Below, in pieces: positions 52,296 through 61,625 of a DNA stretch of 64,000 nucleotides (within the stretch, counting starts at the first letter, position 1; each line of letters starts with the position of its first letter). The stretch comes from Chlorokybus atmophyticus. Its lineage: Eukaryota; Plantae; Mesostigma and Chlorokybus algae. The stretch spans positions 1 through 64,000 of the forward strand of contig RHPI01001507.1 of the NCBI GenBank assembly GCA_009103225.1, written 5' to 3'. The position numbers and the translations under genes are program-made. The notes under the pieces were generated by a model. It worked only from the letters and a program-made list of their open reading frames with translations, searched no databases and was not told where the DNA came from.

Positions 52296-52769
52296 TGTTA
52301 AGAATATTCTTGTATCCGGTCAGCTTGCCCTGTGGATAAGAATAGCCGCGAGAAAATTCAAGCGCGAGAAGGTGCCAGTCGAGAAAGGTCCAAGCGAGGA
52401 CTTCAGTCGAGAAGGTTTCAGGCCCGAAGTCGAGTCCGGAATCTGGAGACTTCCAGGCGCTGAGAGAAAGAAGAAGCGTGTAGCTCAGTGGTTACATTAT
52501 TGTATGGCGCGTGTGGTAGCTTGTTGGAAAGCTCTTTGAAGTAGCTACGTGGTGCAAATTAGAGCGCAGGAATCGGTTGAGTGAAGAAGTCGTGGTGACT
52601 TCTAAAGTAGACAGGTGCAGAACTGGCGGGTTTAAAAGCCCGCGGTGTAACTTTGTTGTAATCCTTGGAAAGCCTTTTTGAATCAGCCTTGTGTGTATGC
52701 TCTGATAGAGTGTGTGTGCTTGTGCTTGCACCAACTCCATGCATAATCAGTAGTGTCCAAATCTTAATA
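52296..52769 (+). mobile_element. Solo copia LTR (474 bp, TGTTAAGA...TCTTAATA), related to the LTRs at 61626-61867 and 63575-64000
   Basis: Shared blocks GGTCAGCTTGCCCT, CGAGTCCGGA.TCTGG.GACTTCCAGGC and TTTGAAGTAGCTA. Near-perfect TSD GGTAA/GGTAC. No PBS follows. Confidence 0.8.
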
Positions 52770-54048
52770 GGTACGTTTGGCGCTGCTGCACGCGTGCTTC
52801 ATTGAGTCGTAGGCGCGGGTTGCGCGACAGCCCTGATTCGGTTCACCGGACCAGGCCGTCCGGCTCCGGAGCTGGACCACCAGTGGTCCGGCCCCGTCGG
52901 ACCAGTTGCGGCACTAGTACGCTATGTTAAGAAGTGTGCGTGTATGCGCCCTACCTCATACATGCGCTCACACTAGGGGAACACCAAGTGTAACATACAA
53001 GCATGTCAAGACCAAAGAGAAATGTATTGCAGTTTCCTTCTGTATGCGCCACATATAGTGTGTCGTGCCTATTGTCCGCGCGTACCAGTCTTTATCGGGC
53101 ATGCCTACATTGAAACCATCGCCCGGCCTACCAGTATACCAACTCGCGCGCGTCACTGACCAGTAGTTAGATCACGAATCTAGAGTAGCTTATGACCATA
53201 GCCTACATAGGCACCGCATGTAGCTGTTCAGTTGTGAGATTAATTATAAGTTGTGTTCCATATTGAGTGGGGATAGCTGTGGAAATAGCCTCGATATGAC
53301 CGTTAGCTTATGTTCTGAACAGTCATGAATTGACCTGTACAAGTAGTCACGGTGTTTATCGGATCAGCTGGTGACACTGTGAGTGAGAAAGCTAGGAGCT
53401 TGTGAAATGACTTGAACTACAAACATACCGTCCCGGTTATAAAAAACCCCTCACCATGTGAGAGCCTGTGCATGCTCGCGTGCATCGTGTCTGTCATCGC
53501 TGTGAGCTTGGTGTGCCTGGTTGCAGTGTGCGTGTTGGCATCAGTTAGCATAATATCCACGTGTTGCTTGCTTATTCACCTCACTTGTAAGTGTAATACA
53601 TTTTCCGCTCATGTAAAGAACTGTGTAAACAAAACTACCTATAGTAGTGGCTTGTTAACTCGCAGTGTCACCCTCTTTGCTCTGGTGAGTGCGTCGCATT
53701 CTGCATCAGGTAGTGCAATCTGTATCTGGGGACACATCCCTGAGCAATCGTTGTTACTGTCATTAGATAGTGCACACACAAGTACTAGTGTGGTGAGAGG
53801 TAGCGGCATCAAGACAGGCAATAGAGCACAAACACTCTACCCTGCATACACTTTGACTTGTGGACCAGCTGCATGAGCAGGCCCACCCCGTTCTCCCCAA
53901 TAAACAAGGGTAACCTTGGCAGCTGAAGCCCAACCTCACCTACGAGCGGACCAGTAACGGGGGCAACGATCGCAGCATCAGAAGTTCGCGTCCTGTCTTC
54001 GGCTTCACTTCGTGCCTGTCTACTTTTTGTGAACAAGCTTCCCCACTC

Positions 54049-55400
54049 TTGTCCGACAGTAACGACTACAAGATGGAGTCCTCCAGCTCAACCACGGCCC
54101 TGCGATTTTTTAGATGTGCGAGCACCACCTCGCTGAACGAATTCATCACCAAGTTCCATTCCAAGATGCGACAGCAAGCACTAATAAACAAAGACTGGTC
54201 AGATAAGATTTCTTTCCACATTGCTGCTCAATATCAAGACCATGAAGCACATGATGTCTGAAAGTCTGTTGCTGAACTGCATCGAGTTGATGGCTATGGC
54301 GAGCTCGTCAGCACCATAGCATCTGCGTCACTGCACAGTCTAGCAGCCGTCTTTCCACCTGCCCCTCTCGCTGCAGTTACCGGTTTGTCCATAGCGGCAG
54401 CCATCGACAAGGCAGAGGACGAGCAACCTGAGTTGGTTATCGTCAACCTGACCCCTGCAAAGATTGAGATTGAAATAGCCGCACGACGGGCCCGAATCCT
54501 GGACCGTTCTGCTGGTATTCTTAAAGAACGACGAACTGCAGCCGTTAAGGTGGGCACACCCCTACCTTTGACAACACCTGGCTCTCGTGTGGGAGGCAGT
54601 GCTTTCACCCTTGGGTCAGTCGCACTACGCGCAATTGCCATCACTGTAGATGTTGCCATCTCTGACTCTCCACTCAAGGACCTATACGCTGCACTTCGTC
54701 GCACCTTCTCACCGCATACCAGCAAAGTGGAGGAGCTGAGACGGTTCCGGCGCATGCCCACTGTGGACCCTCTACGCCTGTACACTAGACTAGAGGGTCT
54801 GTTAAAGGACACTGACCACAAGATCGTCAGTGACGAGGCGGCTGCAGTGGTGTATGTGAGTTGGATGCCACCCTGAGCGAGTCGACGCGCCTGACCCTAA
54901 ACTACAGCAGGCCCCTTGGCTACACACTCAAGGAAGCTTTCGAGACCACACAAGCCATCCATAAGTGCTTGGTGTTTGAGAAGGCAGTGCTGGACACCAA
55001 CCGCAGTGCCTCACGGCCTATAGCCATCACAACTACCAAGCCTCCTCGCCGCGAACGTGGACGGGACGCTCCACCAGCACTCGATAATAGGAAACGATCA
55101 GCTCACACTGCTTTGTCTGCCCCTGTGCTGTGTTATCACTATGGTCGGCATAGGCACTACCAAAGGAGTGCACCGAAGAGTACTCAACCCTGGTCTGCGA
55201 CTACTGTCACGAGGCAGGCCACTTGGAATCAGTCTGCTGGCTCAAGCTCCCGGAGTTGAGACCTGCCAATTGCCACAATGGCAACAACTCTGGTGGCTAC
55301 AACAGCAACAACACTGGAGGCCACAACGGCAACAACTCTGGTGGCTACAACAGCAACCATACCAAAGGCCATAACAACAACAACAATTACGCCAATGCGC
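54049..55400 (+). pseudogene. Gag-like protein with two zinc knuckles
   Basis: ORFs 54049-54261 and 54385-54876 are one frame split by a TGA. Frameshifts near 54870 and 55165. Knuckles CYH(Y)GRHRHY.KEC and CDYCHEAGHLESVC, then a 48-bp duplicated N/G-rich repeat (GNNSGGYNSN) at 55280 and 55328. Confidence 0.65.
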
Positions 55401-56894
55401 TCGCAAGGAACAGCAAGGTTACAAGGGGAAGAATCGTCCTCCTCAGCGCAAGGGATTGGAAGGACGTCCGCGCGCTGTTGCTGTTGCCGCCAAGGCTCCA
55501 GCCAACCCGCCAGTTGATGACCATATTGCTGCCCTCATGGCGCGTATGGCACGCTTAAAGGAAGACAAGGAGCAAGACTACCGCGCCTGCTACTCTGCCG
55601 GATGGGCACTTATGGCTCCAAAGCGCACGAGAGACACCAGCACTCTGTCGCGCGTTCAACCATCCCAACGAGCTTGAGGGGAAGCTGCAACATCATTTGC
55701 AGCTACCGCCTCTGAAGCCACCAGTGGTGCTGCACCAACAGCAACAGCTACATCGCGTACGACGTCGACTCCATCAACGTCAGCAGCAACTACCCCAGTT
55801 GCACCAGAAGTTAGTGCATTAATGGGCACCGTGACGCCAACACTAGTGAGCACGCTGGCAACAGCCACTGGTGTCACCGACCTTGTAGCAATTGGTCGCA
55901 CCGGTCTCGCTCTAACTGCAGACCACATGTGTCAGCGAGCGTTGAGACCACTCTCGCGCCACTGAGCGGCACTTTCGCAACCACCGCCGGTGCCATCATT
56001 AAGCCCGCTGCCATTGCAGCAACGCGCGCAGCTACATTGCCCGTCGTCGACGTCACTCAGGCTGTCCCGCAGGCGGTCAGCAAGCTGAGCGCGCATGGGA
56101 GACCATCATGCGTGGAGCACATCCCACCACCGTTGCTTTTGGACGCGGAGGAGAGCGCACAACGCGTCGAATGCAGTGATCGTCTTCCCGCTGCCTAAAT
56201 ATCACACCCTGCCTGAATAGACTTTGCGGCAACTGGAGGATGAAATCCTCGCCGGCACGGTGCCTCCCATGCAAGACCGCGTCTTTGTGGTTAGAACACA
56301 TGTACTAGAGTTGGCACTACACATGTTCTGGACTTTGCATAACAACATGCAGACTGCACCACGCCAGCCCGCACCAGGCCGTCATGAATTTGTTGAGCCA
56401 AGCCCGCTGGACACACACCGAGACCGGCAACCCGACATACAGCAGCACATTGCTAGTACAGCTGACATGCCTTTGGGTGACAACGAAGCACTAAGACCCC
56501 TTAGTACCGGTCGGCTTCACGAGCGATACACCGCTGTGGAACAGCGTTCACCTGACGGCATGACCAAACATGAGCCATCGACGCTATAGCATAAGCCTTT
56601 GCTGTTGCTCGCGCTTCCGTTCTTCAACCGACAATCGCTGGCCCATCGTCCAGCACGATGCCTCTCGTCATTGAGCTCGACATTGACCAGGAGGACGCTG
56701 GCCCAACAATCCAGGGGGTGATCGCCCCGCTGCTACCTGCTTTGTTGGAAGACTTCCCAGACGATCAACGGGATCCATGGAGAGGCTACCTCACACTACA
56801 AGGGTGTACACAACGGATGGAGCAAGCTCAATCGAAGAACAGCAACTTTGCACTGCCCTGTTGCGACAAGCAACAATGCCACATCGACAAGAGG

Positions 56895-57566
56895 TGTGAC
56901 GGTGCTCGTGCCTTGTCACCTGTGAGTTGGTCCAATCCACAACCCTCTCACCAAGACACGGTATTCACACCGGAACCTTGCCCCCTCTGCCAAGCACACA
57001 CGCGCGCCCCGCCACTCGCGTACGCACGCGCATGCGCTCGAAGCTACACACCGACTTGTGTAGCGCCTTGGATCGTCACACAAGCAAGCACACACCGGTG
57101 GGCACACGCTAGCAACCCCTGCTAACCACCACCAAGCTTGCACACTAGAAACTAGGGAGCTAAAGGTTGTATTGCAAGTTGTAGAATGTCACTTTTATAC
57201 CTACCAGTCTGCACATGCTACTGTCTAGACGATTCTAGCGCTAGACGGAACTAGAAGCTAAGATATTCTGGCAGAATCTTGTAGTACACTTCTAGACCTT
57301 TCCAACGCACCAAAGATCTCCTAATTTGCTGCTCATATGGTCAAGTTATACTACTTGGCGCCAGGCCCTTCCAGAAATCTGGTCGAGCCCTTCTCGACTG
57401 GCCCTCCGTTTTCTGGCACCTTCCGGACTGGTCTTGGGGCCCCGGTCGATATCCGCGGCAGACTCATAACTCGCCGATATCCGCCACAAGTCATTAAAAA
57501 CATGTACCTTACAAATAAGGCCTAAAACGGCCATGAAAATCACAGAATTTGGCCTTGACTGTTACA
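56895..57566 (-). repeat. 3' LTR of the chromovirus
   Basis: Direct repeat of 59609-60280, preceded by the PPT on the minus strand. Confidence 0.95.
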
Positions 57567-57978
57567 CTCCTCCCCCCCCAGGTGAGCTTCGTCCTCGAAG
57601 CTCGCGAGGTTGTCGTCGAGCAAGATAGGCACGCACAACGTCTTGAGCATTAGTCAAGTGTGCCTCTGGCTCCCAGGATGCTTCATGCAACGGATAGCCC
57701 TTCCATTTCACTAAGAACTTGCGTACGCCATGCACAAACTTCTCACCAAGGATGTTTTCTACCTCCCACTCGGGTTCACCGTCTGTGCCAACTTCGGGGG
57801 GTGGCCTTTCCGGCGGTTGTCCTTGATATGCTTTCAAAAGGGAGACGTGAAAAACGGGGTGCACACGCATGGTGTCGGGTAGCTCCAACTTGTACGCCAC
57901 GTCCGAGATAACTTTGCTGACCTTAAATGGTCCCAACCAGCGTTCATTCAGCTTGCGAACTCCCGTACGCACCTGGAC
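57562..57978 (-). CDS. Integrase C-terminus (GPY/F) plus chromodomain, 5' part lost in the N gap
   Basis: RWLGPFKVSKVISDVAYKLELP..MRVHPVFHVSLLKAY, then EWEVENIL...FLVKWKGYPLHEASWEPEAHL. Confidence 0.9.
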   Translation of the reverse strand, partial: VQVRTGVRKLNERWLGPFKVSKVISDVAYKLELPDTMRVHPVFHVSLLKAYQGQPPERPPPEVGTDGEPEWEVENILGEKFVHGVRKFLVKWKGYPLHEASWEPEAHLTNAQDVVRAYLARRQPRELRGRSSPGGGGV

Positions 57979-58444
57979 NNNNNNNNNNNNNNNNNNNNNN
58001 NNNNNNNNNNNNNNNNNNNNNNNNNNNNNNNNNNNNNNNNNNNNNNNNNNNNNNNNNNNNNNNNNNNNNNNNNNNNNNNNNNNNNNNNNNNNNNNNNNNN
58101 NNNNNNNNNNNNNNNNNNNNNNNNNNNNNNNNNNNNNNNNNNNNNNNNNNNNNNNNNNNNNNNNNNNNNNNNNNNNNNNNNNNNNNNNNNNNNNNNNNNN
58201 NNNNNNNNNNNNNNNNNNNNNNNNNNNNNNNNNNNNNNNNNNNNNNNNNNNNNNNNNNNNNNNNNNNNNNNNNNNNNNNNNNNNNNNNNNNNNNNNNNNN
58301 NNNNNNNNNNNNNNNNNNNNNNNNNNNNNNNNNNNNNNNNNNNNNNNNNNNNNNNNNNNNNNNNNNNNNNNNNNNNNNNNNNNNNNNNNNNNNNNNNNNN
58401 NNNNNNNNNNNNNNNNNNNNNNNNNNNNNNNNNNNNNNNNNNNN

Positions 58445-58897
58445 GCGCACCACGCACAACCATGCAGCCTTTGCCTTCCGTGGAGACAATAACTTCCTCA
58501 ATTGCACATAAGAGATCTGGGCAATTGTCGTACCACCTAATTGTGCGTGCCGCGCCTCGATGACGTCCGATGCAGCTTGAATGGACTCTCCACCGTTTCG
58601 CTCGATGGTGAGCACGCGCTTCCTCCAATTGATGGCTGGATTATGTTGCCATAGCCACGGTAGTCCCAAAATCCCATCAAACCCGTTCCGTAGGGTGATG
58701 CAGCAAAACCGCATGCTCTCCTTCATCTTTCCAATGCAAACGCACAACTCTTTGGTCATAAACGCAGCGCCATCACCTCCAGAGGGTGGCTCTCCATCAG
58801 CGAGCTTCACTTCACCTCCTCGTAATGACGAAAGCCAATCGTAACGCCGCGCAATATCAATACTCATAAAGTTGCTGTTGGCACCGCTATCAATCAT
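58445..58897 (-). pseudogene. Gypsy aspartic protease region
   Basis: MIDSGANSNFMS...VKLADG...FDGILGLPWLWQHNPAINW. An upstream in-frame TAA interrupts the frame. Confidence 0.85.
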
Positions 58898-59565
58898 GAG
58901 CTTACACTCTCTCCATCGTCCTTAGTCATCGCAAATGTGTGCTCGAAGCCCGAAGTACTTTGTTGTCTGTCCAACTGCTCCTCCTCGGTCATATTGGGTA
59001 TGGACATCACCAATCGCTGAAACGCGGCCGTGTACGCCATCACCGACCCCATTTGCACAAGGGCTGCAAGTTTGTCGCGTGCGGCCTTCACGCTCTCAAC
59101 GGGAACAAATTGATGCCTGACCTCCAGTGCCAACTCTTGCATGGTGGTCAATGGTAGCGCCAACCCGTTTGCAACTCGCGTACATTGATGCCTCCACCAC
59201 ACAAGTGCTGCACCTTCAAGCAATGTCGCTGCAACCTCCACGTGCAGATGCGTGGGCACCTCCGTGAGCTTCAACCAAGACGATACTTGAAAAATCCATT
59301 CATCCACTGCATCTCCATCACGTTGACCCTTGAATGGCTTGGGCTTTGGCACCTTCACATGCACGCGCGAGCTTGATGCCATGGGAATTTGTACACGCGC
59401 CATCGCATGCTCATACGCCTCGCGTTGTGCTTGTGCCGCCGCTTGAGTGTGATGAAGCTCTTCCCTCAGTGCCAAGATGGCAGCTTGAAGCTCTTCCATG
59501 CGAGCATCCTCCATCTCCACTAACACACTACACTCCGCTTCCGAATGAAAAGTGTAAACGCCCAC
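58894..59565 (-). pseudogene. Chromovirus Gag, C-terminally deleted
   Basis: KPKPFKG..DG..V.EW.F...A..LLEGAA..WW...ARDKLAAL.Q.GSV..Y...F..L retrotransposon-gag pattern. It breaks off after EEEQLDR with no knuckle. Confidence 0.85.
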
Positions 59566-59608
59566 ACACTTCCTCTCTCACCTTCGTAAACCGTGCTCCG
59601 ATACCAGT

Positions 59609-60280
59609 TGTGACGGTGCTCGTGCCTTGTCACCTGTGAGTTGGTCCAATCCACAACCCTCTCACCAAGACACGGTATTCACACCGGAACCTTGCCCCCT
59701 CTGCCAAGCACACACGCGCGCCCCGCCACTCGCGTACGCACGCGCATGCGCTCGAAGCTACACACCGACTTGTGTAGCGCCTTGGATCGTCACACAAGCA
59801 AGCACACACCGGTGGGCACACGCTAGCAACCCCTGCTAACCACCACCAAGCTTGCACACAAGAAACTAGGGAGCTAAAGGTTGTATTGCAAATTGTAGAA
59901 TGTCACTTTTATACCTACCAGTCTGCACATGCTACTGTCTAGACGATTCTAGCGCTAGACGGAACTAGAAGCTAAGATATTCTTGCAGAATCTTGTAGTA
60001 CACTTCTAGACCTTTCCAACGCACCAAAGATCTCCTAATTTGCTGCTCATATGGTCAAGTTATACTACTTGGCGCCAGGCCCTTCCAGAAATCTGGTCGA
60101 GCCCTTCTCGACTGGCCCTCCGTTTTCTGGCACCTTCCGGACTGGTCTTGGGGCCCCGGTCGATATCCGCGGCAGACTCATAACTCGCCGATATCCGCCA
60201 CAAGTCATCAAAAACATGTACCTTACAAATAAGGCCTAAAACGGCCATGAAAATCACAGAATTTGGCCTTGACTGTTACA
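59609..60280 (-). repeat. 5' LTR of the chromovirus
   Basis: Direct repeat of 56895-57566, followed by AC and the PBS on the minus strand. Confidence 0.95.
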
Positions 60281-61249
60281 AGAGGGCATCGGCCCGAGAC
60301 GGATGATGGGGATGCGAGAAGGTGGCAATGCAGCTCGAGCAAGACCAGTGACTTGGCTAGTAGCACCAATCACCCCGCAGTCCCTCTATTCGCATTTAGC
60401 ACCAGGTTTTTATGGTTGGACGCATTCCTTCGCTCGCTATGGCAAGCATGATGACGAGGTCGCCTCGGCAGCCACGGACACCCCAGAAGGAGCTCAAGAG
60501 GCCATATTAAGGTTGCCAGGGGTGGAAGCAGCGCGACAACGCAAATGCATCGCAGCTGCATATGAGCAGCATGTTTATATAGCTAGAGATTTACCTAACT
60601 GTGCGGACACGACAACAACGGTGCTGACAGTGGGGGTGGTCAATGGCAGATGGGATGCCTACATGGCAGGGATCATAAGGGTTCCCACCATCACCCACGA
60701 CTTAAAAGCGCGGCTCTTGCGCGCAGTGTATCTCCAACCCATGCCTGAAAATCATCGCTTGAGTGACGTGGTCAACAATCCAAGAGCCATATGGAAAGGT
60801 ACACTGGTCAGGGATGCAGCTTATGCTGTACGCTGGACTTATGTGGAAGAACAGGCTGCACGAGAGGTGGGCCCACAAACACCCGGTCCTCCAGGGTTTC
60901 CCCAACAGTCAGTGGCTACGCCGCCAGGTATAACCCCGGCCACATAGAGGCGCAATCCCCCTGCGCCACAACCACGACAACCACAGGCAGCACCGCCAGC
61001 ACCCAGGCCGCAGCGTGTATACCAACAGCTAAGACAAGGACAGTTTGAGCCAGGCCGCAGACAAGGAGGTTCTCAAGACTCAGCTAGTTGAGGGGCGCTT
61101 GCGCACTGCGCTCGACACCACTGGGGGAGACTGCAGCAGCAGTCGCCCCACGCACACGCTACCGACGATTGAAGCGGCTGCGCATCAAATCAAATGCAGC
61201 CATCATCCAACAAAGGCAAGCATGTCACCATCAACAAACGAGCACCCCT

Positions 61250-61610
61250 AAGTGCGTGATGCTGGACTTTAGAGCTCAGCCTGTCATTATTGGACGTTAC
61301 CTCGCACGCGACCTTGGCATCACCAGCGGTAAGCTGATGCCCTGCTCAAATGTGCTCGACACAGCAACCGGCAGCCGTAACAAGGTGATTGGCATCATCA
61401 AGCAAGCCCTCTGCATTTGCTTGACAGGGTTGGACCCTTCCCACAGCACCGAGGTCACACAAAAGCGTGTGGTCATCGATGCAGGGATCTTCGACCTGCT
61501 GCTGGGACAGGACTTCAACTTTTCTGTTGGCATGGGGCTGGACTGCTGGACAGAGAAGGCATGGTTTCATCCGCAATATGATGAGGAGGATGGAGAAGTT
61601 CAAGTATTGA
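61250..61610 (+). pseudogene. Retropepsin-like aspartic protease of the outer gypsy-like element
   Basis: VMLD(FR)AQPVIIGRYLARDLG...TATG....VIG...DLLLGQDF, a degenerate D-S/T-G-A-Q-P active site with a C-terminal D-LLLG motif. Confidence 0.65.
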
Positions 61611-61625
61611 GATGCGTTGTCATCT

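Larger units (their letters stand above)
56895..60280 (-). mobile_element. Ty3/gypsy chromovirus, young but internally deleted and gapped
   Basis: 672-bp LTRs at 56895-57566 and 59609-60280 (TGTAAC...GTCACA on -), with about 4 mismatches seen. 5-bp TSD AGAGG at 56890-94 and 60281-85. PBS TGGTATCGGAGC (tRNA-iMet 3' end) at 59595-59606 and a G-rich PPT at 57567-57579. Confidence 0.95.

Noticed and set aside
52476-52495. tRNA-like A-box (GTAGCTCAGTGGTT)
   Set aside because: No B-box/T-arm (GTTCGA) or cloverleaf follows, and it lies inside the solo LTR.
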